Positions 51,150-63,820 of a stretch of 64,000 nucleotides of DNA are shown here, in pieces. How positions within the stretch are numbered: the stretch's first letter is position 1; every line of letters starts with the position of its first letter. The notes under the pieces are model-generated. The model did not search any database. It was not told where the DNA came from and worked only from the letters and a program-made list of their open reading frames with translations. The position numbers and the translations under genes were made by a program. Source of the stretch: Mobula hypostoma (lineage: Eukaryota); NCBI RefSeq assembly GCF_963921235.1, contig NC_086108.1, forward strand, positions 105,154,001 to 105,218,000, in the 5' to 3' direction.

Positions 51150-52865
51150 ATTCTCTGTAACTTCTGCCCTCTCCAAAGGGATCCCACCACTTTCCACTTT
51201 CTGCAGGGATCGCTCCCTACACAACTTCCTTGTCTGCTTGTCCCTCCCCGCTCATTTCCTCTTGGTACTTATCCTTGCATGCAGAAAGCAGAACAAGTGC
51301 TACACCTGTCCCTACACACCCTACCTCACTACCATTTAATGCCCCAAACAGTTCTTCCAGGTGACTCGGGTGTCGTATACTGTATCCAGTACTCCCGGTG
51401 TGGCCTCTTTTATAGCAGTGAGACCTGACAAGATTGGGAGACTACTTCACCGACTATCTTCACTCTGTCTGACACAAAAAAAACGGGATCTCCTAGTGGC
51501 CACCCATTTCAATTTTGCTTCGGACATGTTAGTCCATGGCCCCTCTACTGCCACAATGAGGCCACACTCAGGTTGGAGGACAATAGACAATAGGTGCAGG
51601 AGTAGGCCATTCAGCCCTTTGAGCCAGCACCGCCATTCACTGTGATCATGGCTGATCATCCACAATCAGTACCCCGTTCCTGCTTTATCCCCATATCCCT
51701 CGACTCTGCTATCATTAAGAGCTCTATCTAACTCTTTCTTGAAAGCAGAATTACACCTTATATTCCATCTGGGTAGCCTTCTACCTGATGACATGAACAT
51801 TGATTTCTCGAACTTCCAGTAATTGCTCCCCCTTCACCATTCCTCCATTCCCGTTCCCTCTCTCACCTTATCTCCTTACCTGCTGATTACCTCCCTCTGG
51901 TGCTCCTTCCCTTTCCCTTTCTTCCACTCCTGTCCACTCCAGAGTGGTTTTCTGTCCACTCCTATCAGATTCTCCCCTTTCCAGCCCTTTATCTATTTCA
52001 CCAACCAGCTTCCTGGGTCTTTACTTCACTCCCTGCTCCTCTCCTGGTTTCACCCGTCAGCTGCCACCTTGTATATCTTCCTGCACTCCCCCACCTTCCT
52101 ACTCCTCCTTTTCCCTACCAGTCCTGATGAAGGTTTTTTTTGATTATGAGGACATGCGGTCCTCTTTTATTGTCATTTAGTAATGCATGCATTAAGAAAT
52201 GATACGATGTTTCTCCAGAATGATATCACAAAAACACATGACAAAACGACTTAAAAACTAACAAAAACCACATAATTATAACATATAGTTACAACAGTGC
52301 AAAGCAATACCGTAATTTGATAAAAAACAGACCATAGCACGGTAGAAGTCTCAAAGTCTCTTGAAAGTCCCATCATCTCACGCAGACGGTAAACCTCCAG
52401 CGCCGCCAACTTGCCGATGCAGCATCCCGGAAGCATCCGACCACAGTCCGACTCCGAGTCCGTTCGAAAACTCCGAGCCTCCGACCAGCTCTCCGACACC
52501 GAGCACCGACACCATCTCTGCCGAGCGCTTCGACCCCGACCCCGGCAACAGGCAATAGGCAAAGCTAAGGATTTGGGGCCATCGTCTCCGGAGATTCTCG
52601 ATCGCACAGTAGCAGCAGCAGCGAAGCGGGCATTTCAGAAGTTTCTCCAGATGTTTTTCCGTGCTTCTCACGGCTGTCTCCATCAAATCCGGATTGTGTA
52701 CGGCCCCCTAGTTAACACATACGATATTCATTCCGAACGGCTGCGCGCACTGCATCGCGCCGCCATCTTCTCCTCCCTCCATTTTCAGCCTGAAACTTCA
52801 CCTGCTTACTCTTCTCCATTGATGCCATCCAGCCTGCTGAACTCCCCCTGCATTTTGTGTGTGTA
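51150..52865 (+). mobile_element. Penelope-like element 3' portion, copy 2, interrupted at about 51581-51746 (CR1 tail) and 52134-52780
   Basis: Collinear with 11450-12245 (aacaagtgctacacctgtcccta.., GIY-YIG remnant, UTR, split hammerhead). Confidence 0.85.
52134..52780 (-). mobile_element. CpG-rich non-autonomous retroelement with Rex1-like ends
   Basis: Minus-strand start ggagaagatggcggcg; end atgacaataaaa..A8, resembling the Rex1 tail at 22681; no RT coding. Confidence 0.65.
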
Positions 52866-53109
52866 GCTATTAAACCTGATACTGGTTCATCATCTTGAAC
52901 TGCTGTTGTCTTGTTGATCGTGCTCCTTCCTCAGTGCGGTTAGGTGGAGAATGCTGGGACTTATGGAGTAGCGATGTAACAGTGATGAACACAGAACAGA
53001 AGCAGTCACTTCAGCCTATGATATGACAAACTGAGGAAGCTAGTGACACTTAATTCTCTGCCAACTTGTGATCAACTGTATATCCCTCCATCCATTCTCT
53101 GCATATTAG

Positions 53110-53890
53110 ACTCACAAAATACTACAGCACAGAAACAGACCCTTCAGCCCACCTAGTTCATGCTGAATTCTTATTCTGCCTAGCTCCTTCGACATATATC
53201 TGGATTATTGCCCTCAGTACTTCTCCCATCTATCTGTTTATCCAAACTTCTCTTACGTTTTGCCATCAAACCCACATCTAGCAGTTCCGCTGGCAGATTG
53301 TTCCACACTCGCACTACCTTCTGAGAGAAGGAGTTCCCCCTCAGGTTTCCCTTAAGTATTTCATCTTTCATCCTTAGACTGTAGTTCCAGTCTCACCCAA
53401 CCTCAGTGGAAAAAAGCCTGCTTGCTTTTACTCTAATTCTATACATCTCTATCAGATCTCCCCTCATTCTCCCATGCTTCACTGAATAAAGTCCCAGTTT
53501 ATTCAACCTTTCCCTACAACTCATGTCCTCAAGTCCTGGCAACATCATGTTGACCACAGGTCCATAAGACCATAAGATAGAGGAGCAGAAGTAATCCATT
53601 CGGCCCATCAAGTCTGCTCCACCTTTCAGTCATGGGCTGATCCAATTCTTCCAGTTATCCCCACTCCCCAGCCTTCACCTCATACCCTTTGATGCCCTGG
53701 CTAATCAAGAACCTATCTATCTCTGCCTTAAATACACCCAATGACTTGGCCTCCACAGCCACTTGTGGCAGCAAATTCCACAGATTTACCACCCTCTGAC
53801 TAAAGTAATTTCTCCACATCTTAGTTCTAAATGGACGTCCTTCATTCCTGAAGTTGTTTCCTCTTGTCCTAGACTTCCCTACCATGGGAA
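53110..53890 (-). mobile_element. Two adjacent CR1 3' fragments
   Basis: ORFs 53180-53371, 53393-53611 and 53655-53885; two separate tails. Confidence 0.85.
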
Positions 53891-54214
53891 TTTGAACTGC
53901 TCACCCTTTCTGCGACTGACTCCTTATTGAGGACTGGTGTATGTTTTTGTTCATTTGTACTAGTCAGAGCAGTGGTGGGGGGGGGAGGAGCCAGCAGTGT
54001 TTACAAAGTTGTTTCTGATTGGTTGAGTTACTACTCAGTTTGCCAATAAGATAGAATGTACAATTAAGCAGCGTGGCCATTGTGGCAATGGGCCAGTATA
54101 GGAATAGAGACCTGAGGCTATGGCTAGAGAGGTTTTGGCAAGGAGGCATATGGGAGTCGCAGCAAGAATTAAGTAAGGTTTTTAGTTTCTTGTTGTGTAC
54201 CTTTGACGGTGTAG

Positions 54215-54770
54215 ATTAAATGGTAGTCAGGGAAATGGAATGGTCCTCCTGCAAGATGTGGGAAGTCAGGGAACCTCATGGCCTCCTAGATGACTACATC
54301 TGTGGGACGTGCTGGGTGAAGGAACAGCTGCTCGAATAAGATGTACTCAGGATCCTCCTGGATTCTGTGGATATAGTAGATGAGAGGTTTAGTGCGTGGC
54401 CGCATGGAGGAACAGGTGAGAATTGGATGTGTTCAGGATCCTATGGGTATAATACACAAGAGTTCTTGTGAGGTGGTCTTGCCTATGGTGCAGACTACAG
54501 AGAGATGGGTAACCACCAGCAGTTTGAGGAGAATTAGTATGTCACCAAAGACTTTTACAAATTTCTATGGATATACGTTGGAGAATCTTCTAACTCATTG
54601 CCTCACAGGCTGCAGAGGGATGCAGACACAATCGGTTCCATCACGGGCACAATCCTCCCCGCCATCAATGAGGTGGTGCCTCAGGAAGCTGGCATCCATC
54701 ACAAAGGACCCTCACCATCCAGGACAAATTACCTCCAAAGGAGGAGGTATGGGAGCTTGAAGGGTTTGAT
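54215..54770 (+). mobile_element. CR1 ORF1 zinc-finger remnant joined to a Rex1-type 3' fragment
   Basis: From 54220 reads MVVREMEWSSCKMWEVREPHGLLDDYICGTC; then ..SMSPKTFTNFY..ITKDPHHPG. Confidence 0.7.
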
Positions 54771-54971
54771 TGATCTTAGGGTCCGTTAAAAATTTGGCAC
54801 AACATTGTTGGTTGAAGGGCCTGTACTCTGCTCTAATGTTCTATGTTAAGACCCATGCTCAATATTTTAGGAACATCTCCTTTCTTTCCACTATCAGATT
54901 TCTCAACTGCTGATGAACACTACTTTGTCAGTATTTATGTATTTTTGTAATTTATCGTAATTCTTTGAGTG

Positions 54972-55320
54972 GCAGGGTGGAGATACATTTCTACCAAAGG
55001 AGATGTAAGGTGCTCCTTCACTCTGCTAGCCTGTAGGACATCTTTGAGCAAGGTGTAGCACCTGCTTAGCCACCATGAAGCCATAGGAGCAAGTGGTGGA
55101 TGGTCGTATGAGCAGCTGATGCATAACACAATTCCTGGTTACGCGACCACCGACGCCAGGCATACAATCCCTGAAGAGTATTGATAATGGCTGGGGTCAC
55201 CCATCTTGTAAAGACACTGCCCAGAAGAAGGCAATAGCAAACCACTTCTAAAGAATAATTTGCCAAGAACAATCATGGTCAAAACTATGATCACTCACAC
55301 CATACACTGATGTTGATGAT
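54972..55320 (+). mobile_element. RTE-related SINE-like element
   Basis: Collinear with 28183-28540. Confidence 0.72.
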
Positions 55321-55675
55321 AGTAATTTTTATGTCTTACATAGTTATGGCTGCTGCAAAACAAAAATAAAATCACATCATATGTCAAGGATAACAAAGCT
55401 GATTCTAATTCTCTGTCTGGGTCTCACATAATTTTATAAAATTCTATCAAATTTTCCCTCAGCCTCTGCCACTCCAGGGAAAGCAATCTATCCCGTTATT
55501 GTATGTTTGCACTTTCTCTTTAATCTACATTCTGTTCTTGCTTTTCGTATGACCTCAATGTACTGATGTGATGAAATGATCTGCATGGATGGCATACAAA
55601 GCGAAGATTTTCACTGTACCTCAATGCAGGTCACAATAATAAACCAACTTACCCATTTATCAAAAACACCCAACT

Positions 55676-56012
55676 TCTTCTGGTCTGGGAGTTGACCGCT
55701 GTCTATCCTAATCAGTATGGAACGGTTGTGCCTCAGGAGAATCCAGCTTTAATTATGTCCCATGTCTAGATTCCCAAATCTACCATTTTTTCAAATCACT
55801 GTCTTTTGGTAAAGGTGACAACAATAAACCGATTACCAATACCAATCGGTTAGATGAAGCAGCTTGTTGAAGTGGATCCAAATGTATTGATGAAACAATA
55901 CAAAGTGAATAAAAGAAATGTAAAGCTGGTGTAAAGAAGTTGTGAGAGACTATAGAGCAGCTAAATTTCATATTTATAATTGATTTGGATTATCCTCAAT
56001 CTAACATATTGA
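55676..56012. repeat. Unclassified dispersed repeat; inverted copy of 32545-32852
   Basis: Reverse-complement homology; carries extra bases around 55855-55890. Confidence 0.85.
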
Positions 56013-56049
56013 TACATATACTACAAGAGGAGTTTTGAGAAGGTTAATC

Positions 56050-56676
56050 TCTGATTATTACATCTGTGGGAGGTGCCAGTTGAAGGAACTGAAGATGGAA
56101 TTGGACGTACTCAGGACTATCTGAGATGAGAGTTTTAGTGAGCTGGTCACACCTGAAGTGCAGGCTACAGATGGGTGGGTGACCACCAGGAAGTCAAGCA
56201 GAACTGGTATGTCACTGAAGTCTTTTACAGACTTCTATGGCTATACACTGAGGAATATTCTGACTTGCTGCATCACAACCCATACGAAGCCTTCAATACA
56301 TACGATCATGAGAGGCTGTGGAGGGGTGCAGACTCAGTCAGTTCCATCATGGGCACAATCCTCACTGCTATCATAAACATCTTCAGGAAATGATGTCTTA
56401 AGAAGACGACAGCCATCACTAAGGAACCTCACCAACCTGGACATGCTCACTTCTCATTACTACAATCAAGGAAAAGCTGCAGAAAGCTGAAGACCCACAC
56501 TCAGTGAACAGGAACTGCTTCCTCCCCTCTGCCATTAGATTCTGAAGGGTCCATGAACACAAACTCATGATTACTTCTTTTCATTAGTTACTTGCTTTTG
56601 TGATTACAGTAACTCTGTCCTTGCACCATACCGCTGCCGCAAAACAACAAATTTAATCAAGTTGGTATTATAACTG
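56050..56676 (+). mobile_element. CR1 ORF1 remnant joined to a Rex1-type 3' fragment, copy 2
   Basis: gattattacatctgtgggaggtgc (DYYICGRC), WVTTR, then Rex1 3' sequence as in 54520-54770. Confidence 0.7.
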
Positions 56677-57465
56677 ACTGACTCTGGTTCTGATCCAGAT
56701 TTTGACTCCAATTCTGATCCAGATTCTGACTTTGGTTCTGATCCAGATTCTGACTCTAGTTCTGAGCCAGATTCTGATCCAGATTCTGACTCTGGTTCTG
56801 ATCTGAATTCTGACTCTAGTTCTGAGCCAGATTCTAGCTCTGGTTCTGCTCTGGATTCTGACTCTAGTTCTGAACCAGATTCTGACTCTAGTTCTGAGCC
56901 AGATTCTGATCCGGATTTTGACTCTGGTTCTGATCCGGATTCTGACTCTAGTTCTGAGCCAGATTCTGATCCAGATTCTGACTCTGGTTCTGATCTGGAT
57001 TCTGACTCCGGTTCTGATCTGGATTCTGACTCCAATTCTGATCCAGATTCTGACTCTAGTGCTGAGCCAGATTCTGACTCTGGTTCTGATCCGGATTCTG
57101 ACTCCAATTCTGATCCAGATTCTGACTTTGGTTCTGATCCGGATTCTGACTCTAGTTCTGAGCCAGATTCTAGCTCTGGTTCTGCTCCGGATTCTGACTC
57201 TAGTTCTGAGCCAGATTCTGACTCTGGTTCTGATCCAGATTCTGACTCTGTTTCTGATCCAGACTCTGACTCTGGTTCTGATTCAGTTCTAGTTCTGATT
57301 TGGTGTCTGTTTCTGATTCTAGTTCTGGTTCTGGTTCTGACAGACTCTGAACTGGACTCGGACTCGACTCTGATTCTGATTTGGAATCTGATTCTGACTC
57401 TGGTTATGGCTCCGGTTCTGATGCGGACTCTAGTTCTGATTTGTCTCTGGTTCGGATTCTGATCT
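56677..57465. repeat. Hexamer-based tandem array (TCTGAY/TCTRGT/CCRGAT) with 12/24-bp periodicity
   Basis: Direct reading; produces the ESESGSEP and ILTLVL pseudo-ORFs. Confidence 0.97.
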
Positions 57466-58194
57466 CCCAGGAATTAAATTACTTGATTTGGGGCCAGTTC
57501 CAGGTGTTGCTCAGTTTTCAGCAGCACAAAACCTGCAGTAAACAGTTATTTGTATAAAGGGAGCAAAAAGCACGAGGCCAGTGATGTGTACATCCTCTCA
57601 GTCATTTAAGAGCCGCAGAGGAAACCAATTTTGCCCTCATTTCCGGCTTGTCTCAATAGGTCAAAGTGCAGAAATGCTGGAATGGAGCACGAATCATAAC
57701 AATGACTCATTTGGAAATCTTCCCATGGTTGATGGTGTCCCTGAGGGAGATTTGTTGTGAGGATTCTTTACTTCTCCAATTGTAAAAACGCCACATACAA
57801 TTTACTTGAAATAGCCTGTATATTGCTGTATATTTGCATTTGAAAAGATAAAAATTCAAAATTGCTATATTAGTTTTTATTGTTGCATCCACGAAGGTAT
57901 AGTGAAAAACTTGTCTTGCACACCGTACGCAGAGATTAATTCATTACAATGCTACATTGAGGTATAAGGTAAAAGAATTACAGAATGCAGAATTATATGT
58001 TTCAGGTCAGAAAACTTACAATGCTGATGTAAGGTGTATGGTGTAGGGTCACAATGAGGTAGACTCAGGTCAAGAGTCTATCTTGTCTTCTTGTACACAT
58101 TGGTTGTTTGTTTGCCTTTGCTTGTGTGTAGTTTTCATTGATTCTATTGTGTTTCTTTGTATCTACTGTGAATGGCTGCATGAAAATGAATCTT

Positions 58195-58520
58195 CATAAG
58201 GTGCAGGAGCAGAATTTGGCCTCTAGGCCAATCGAGTCTGCTTCACCATTTTATCATGGCTGATCCACTTTCCCTCTCAGCCCTAGTCTCCTGTCTTCTT
58301 CGCATATCTCTTTATGCCCTGACTCATCAAGAATCCATCAACCTCTGCCTTAATATACCCAATAACTTGGCTTTCACAGCCGCCTATGGCAAAGAATTCC
58401 ACAGATTCACCACTCTCTGGCTGAAGAAGTTCCTCCTTATCTCCATTCTAGAAGCACGCCCCTCTGTATTCTGAGACCGTGTCCTCTGGTCTTAGACTCC
58501 CCCACCATAGGAAACATGCT
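58195..58520 (-). mobile_element. CR1 LINE 3' fragment
   Basis: Collinear with 37775-38105 and 53562-53890. Confidence 0.85.
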
Positions 58521-59788
58521 CAGGTTAGTATATAGTGACATATACACTTTGATAATAAACTTACTTGAACTTTGAATCTTATCATACCTAGGAACTAATA
58601 AATAGTTTTATAACAGTGGGGTAGAAGCTGTCCTTGAGCCTGGTGGTATGTGTTTTCAGGCTTTTTTATCTTCTACCTGGTGGGAGGCGGAGAAGAGAAA
58701 GTGTTCGGGATGGGTGGGCTCTTTGATTTTGCTGGATGCTTTACTGAGGCACTCAGAAGTATAGACAGATACCAAGGAGAGGAGGTTAGTTTCCATGAGT
58801 TGCAAAGCAGTGTCCACAATTCTCTGTAACTATCATAAACAAAGCAGTTTCCATACCAGCCCGAGATCATTTCTCAAACTGTAAAAGCACCACACACAAT
58901 TTACTCAAAATAACCTGCATGTTGTTGTACATTTACATTTTCAAAAAGCTAAAAATATAAAAGATGTGCATTAGCATCCAATGCAATGGAGGCAATTTGA
59001 TCTGAACCACCTCCCTAAACATGTATGGACCATCCACTGGGGTGTGAGCTGTAGAACAGAGAGACCTAGCTGTATGGGTCCATAGTTTGCTGAAAGGGGT
59101 GTTACAGGTAGACATGTTGGAGAAGAAGGCCTTTAGCACACTTGTCTTCATCGGTCAGTGCAATGAGTGTACGATTTACAACACTGTGTAAAGATTAGCT
59201 TTACCAATTTGTAAGGGGGTTGCTGGGCAGTACTAATTGCTGCCGTACAAAGGAAAGCAATAGCAGCGGCTCCACTTCAAGATCCAGCACAGTTTTAATA
59301 TTCTTATGGTGGACATCTGTGTCTCTCACAACTTGGACTCAGCAGCCACTTATACACAAAAACAGAACTTCATATATTTGACTGTCATTGTTGGATACAA
59401 TGGACAACCAACCACATTGAAACATAGTGTGGTGCCCTCTACCAGAGGAGGTGTAAGGCACTCCTTCCCTCTGCTAGCCTGCGGGTCACCGTTGGGCAAG
59501 GTGTAACACCTGCTTAGCCCCCTGATCAGAGTCATGTGGTGGGTGGTCATATGAGCAGCTGGTGCAGGTCACAAGTCTTGGTTATATGACCACTGACACC
59601 AGGAAGACAATCTCTGAAGAGTATTGATAATGGATCAATGAAGGATAACGAGAGACAGTTGTGGCAGAGCTTGAATGCTATCACCTCTTATTAAGAAAAT
59701 CAAGCGAGATAGGCAACAACAGGGCTTTGCCTTCACATGAACTCAATGCCTTCTATGCTCATTTTGACCATCAAGACACGGAGGAACC

Positions 59789-60086
59789 GGGGCCTTCTGG
59801 TGGTGCAATGACATCAGTGTCGGACTCTGGAACGGAGGTTCCCGAGTTCGATCCCAGTCGGGTCCGCTCCCGAATATGCTTTCCATCCGTGCCAGGTTGA
59901 GTGTTGAGATCACAACTCGACCTCATAAAATAAAGGGGAAAATACTGCGAAATGTCTGTGTGAGGAGTGGCCCGTCACACAGTCTCTCTCTCGCTCCATG
60001 TCTTGTAAAGGCATGAAAAAGACATCGTCCCGCCAACACCGCACACGCACGGACACATGCACGCCCGCATGTACATGCCAAAGAAA
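59789..60086 (+). mobile_element. tRNA-derived SINE with 16-bp TSD, inserted in a Rex1 remnant
   Basis: A-box-like TGGTGCAATGA; B box GAGTTCGATCCC; TSD AAGACAYGGAGGAACC at 59773-59788 and 60087-60102. Confidence 0.85.
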
Positions 60087-60974
60087 AAGACATGGAGGAA
60101 CCCCCAGATGATTCTGATGTTGATGTGTGAGCATCCTTCAGGAGGTCAAACCCACGAAAAGCGACCGGCTCAGACGGGGTACTTGGGCAAGTACTGAAGA
60201 CCTGTTCTGATGAACTGGATGGAGCATGCTCTGAGATATTTTGAGAAGAACTTGGTAACCTGTCTCAATGGCTAACATCCAGTAGCACTTACAGCCGCAG
60301 TGATGAAGTGTTTTGAGAGTTTAATGATGAAGCACGTCAACTCCTGCCTGAGAAGCGACTTGGATCTGCCCTAATTTGCCTATTGGAGCAACAAGATTAA
60401 AGTTCAAAATTCAAAGTAAAATTCATTATCAGAGTACATACATGTCACCACATACAACCCTGAGGTTCTTATTCTGCGGGCATACTTAGCAAATCTATAG
60501 AACAGTAACTGTAAGTTGTAAACATCAGGAACTGTTAACTGCAAACAAACTGTGCAAATGCAGATATGAATAAATAGCAATAAATAATATGCATGAAATA
60601 ACAATATAACAGATTCCTGAAATGAGTCCTTAAATAAGTGTAGTTATCTCCTTTTGTTGAGGGATAGTAACTGTTCTTAAGCTTGGTGGTACAAGTCCTG
60701 AGGTACCTGTACCTTCTACCAGATAGCAGCAGCGAAAAAAGAGCATGGACTGGGTGATGAAAATCTTTGATCGTGGATGCTGCTTTTCTACATCAATGTT
60801 TCATGTAGATGTCTTCAATGGTTGGGAGGGTTTTACCCATGAAGTACTGGCCTGAATCCAGTAACTTATGTAGCATTTTCCACTCAAAGGCATTGATGTT
60901 CCCATACTAGACCATAATGCAGCCAGTCAGCACACTTTTCACCACACATCAAAAGAAGTTTGCCAAGGTTTTCC

Positions 60975-62150
60975 ATAGATCACAAGACCATAAGATGTAG
61001 GAGCAGGATTAGCCATCAGTTCAATCAAATCTGCTCTGTCATTCATTCATGGCTGATCCTTTTTTCCCTTCCTCATTCCCATTCACTGGCCTTCTCCCTG
61101 TAACCTGTGATGCCTGTGGTAAAAAATTCCACAAGTTCACCACCGTCTAGCTAAAGAAATTTCTCCACATCTCTCTTTTAAATGGACAACCCTCTATTCT
61201 GAGGCTGCTGTCCTAGTCTCGCCAACCATGGGAAACATCCTTTCCTCATCTACTCCGTCCAGGCCTTCCAACGTTCAAAAGGTTTCAATGAGATCCCTCC
61301 TCATCCTTCTATATTCTAGCGAGTACAGACCCAGAGCTATTAAACATTCCTCATATGATAACTCTTTCATTCCTGGAATCATCCTTGTGAACCTCCTCTG
61401 AACCCTTTCCAATGCCAGCACATCTTTTCTTATATAAGGAGCTCAAATTTGTTCACAATGCTCACCAGTGCCTTAAAAACCTCACATTCCTGTTCATGTA
61501 TTCTAGACTTCTTGAAATGAATGATAACGTTGCAGTTGCCTTCCTCACCACTCCTGCACCTATTGTCTATTGTCTGTTGTCTATTGTCTATTGCCACTGA
61601 CTTATCCTGCAAGTTCTGCACAAGGACTCCCAAGTCCCTTTGTATCTCAGACTTTTGGATTTTCTCCCCATTTAGAATATCGTCTGCACATATATTTTTT
61701 GACCAAAGTGCGTGACCATGCGTTTTCCAACATTGTATTTCATTTGCCTCTTTCTAGCCCGTTCCCCTAGTCTGTCTAAGTCCAACTGAAGCCTTCCTGT
61801 TTCCTCAGGACTTCCTGCCCCTCCACCAATCTTTGTATCATCTGCAAAGTTGGCAACAAAGCCATCTATTCCATCATCTAAATCATTGATTAAAAAGAAA
61901 AGAAGAAGTCCCACACCGACCCCTGTGAAACACCACTAGTTACTGGCAGCCAACCAGAAAAGGATCCATTTATTCCCAGTCACTGTCTCCTACCAATCAG
62001 CCAATGCTCTAACCATTCTAGTAACTTCCCTGTAATACCATGGGCTTTTAATTTAGTAAGCAGCCTCATGTGTGGCACCTTGTCAAAGGCATTCTGAAAA
62101 TCCAAATATACAACATTTACCACATCCCCTTTATCCGCCCTCAAAGAATT
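60975..62150 (-). mobile_element. CR1 LINE ORF2 3' half, decayed
   Basis: ORF 61672-61914 (INDLDDGIDGFVANFADDTK); same subfamily as 1-2805. Confidence 0.9.
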
Positions 62151-62486
62151 ACCTGAAAACTCAAGCCCATTGCTGCTCTGCTGTCATCCCTGCCAGAATC
62201 TCCTTTCAATGTACTTTGGCCAACTTGTCTCTCATTCCACTGTAATTTCCTTTACTCCACTGAAATGCTGCTATGTCAGACTTCATTTTCTCCCTACCAA
62301 ATTTCGTGTTGAACTCAATCATATTGTGACCACTGACTCCCAATCCAGTGCAGATCATCCTGGAGTAAGTTAAATGACAAACTGCTCTAAAAAGCCATCT
62401 TTTAGGCATTCAACGAATTCACCCTCTTGAGATCCATTACCAACCTGGTTTTCCCAATCTCTCTGCATGTTAGAATCTCCCATTAA
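62150..62486 (-). mobile_element. CR1 endonuclease-domain remnant; continues at about 63854-64000
   Basis: MGDSNM..W..F.ECLKDGFLEQFV and LGVSGHNMIEF motifs. Confidence 0.78.
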
Positions 62487-63820
62487 ACCATAGAAACCAT
62501 AGAAACTACAGCACAGAAATAGGCCTTTTGGCCCTTCTTGGCTGTGCCGAACCATTTTCTGCCTAGTCCCACTGACCTGCACACGGACCATATCCCTCCA
62601 TACACCTCCCATCCATGTATCTGTCCAATTTATTCTTAAATGTTAAAAAAGAACCCGCATTTACCACCTCGTCTGGCAGCTCATTCCATACTCCCAGCGC
62701 TCTCTGTGTGAAGAAGCCCCCCCTAATATTCCCTTTAAACTTTGCCCCCCTCACCCTTAACCCATGCCCTCTGGTTTTTTTCTCCCCTTGCCTCAGTGGA
62801 AAAAGCCTGGTTGCATTCACTCTATCTATACCCATCATAATTTTATATACCTCTATCAAATCTCCCCTCATTCTTCTACGCTCCAGGGAATAAAGTCCTA
62901 ACCTATTCAACCTTTCTCCGTAACTGAGTTTCTCAAATCCTGGCAACATCCTTGTAAACCTTCTCTGCACTCTTTCAACCTTATTTATATCCTTCCTGTA
63001 ATTTGGTGACCAAAACTGAACACAATACTCCAGATTCGGCCTCACCAATGCCTTATACAACCTCATCATAACATTCCAGCTCTTATACTCAATACTTTGA
63101 TTAATAAAGGCCAATGTACCAAAAGCTCTCTATACGACCCTATCTACCTGTGATGCCACTTTTAGGGAATTTTGTATCTGTATTCCCAGATCCCTCTGCT
63201 CCACTGCACTCCTCAGTGCCTTACCATTAACCCTGTATGTTCTATCTTGGTTTGTCCTTCCAAAGTGCAATACCTCACACTTGTCTGCATTAAACTCCAT
63301 CTGCCATTTTTCAGCCCATTTTTCCAGCTGGTCCAAGCCCCTCTGCAGGCTCTGAAAACCTTCCTCACTGTCTACTACACCTCCAATCTTTGTATCATCA
63401 GCAAACTTGCTGATCCAATTTACCACATTATCATTCAGATCATTGATATAGATGACAAATAACAATGGACCCAGCACTGATCCCTGTGGCACACCACTAG
63501 TCACAGGCCTCCACTCGGAGAAGCAATTCTCTACTACCACTCTTTGGCTTCTTCCATTGAGCCAATGTCTGATCCAATTTACCACCTCTCCATGTATACC
63601 TAGTGACTGAATTTTCCTAACTAACCTCCCATGCGGGACCTTGTCAAAGGCCTTACTGAAGTCCATGTAGACAATATCCACTGCCTTCCCTTCATCCACT
63701 TTCCTGGTAACCTCCTCGAAAAACTCCATTAGATTGGTCAAACATGACTTACCACGCACAAAGCCATGTTGACTCTCCCTAATAAGCCCCTGTCTATCCA
63801 AATGCTTGTCGATTCTGTCT
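62487..63820 (-). mobile_element. CR1 LINE, 5'-truncated, young, nested in an older CR1
   Basis: In-frame ORFs 63130-63906 and 62563-63114 separated by one stop; full RT core ([32 protein letters not shown]). Confidence 0.95.

Noticed and set aside
56604..57292. 167-aa Ser/Glu-rich and 124-aa Ile/Leu-rich ORFs as real proteins
   Set aside because: Open frames follow trivially from a hexamer-period repeat; no non-repetitive coding flank or splice support
59789..59870. tRNA gene (also 18140-18208 on the minus strand)
   Set aside because: A/B boxes are followed by SINE bodies; the 59789 copy has a TSD and no convincing cloverleaf is visible
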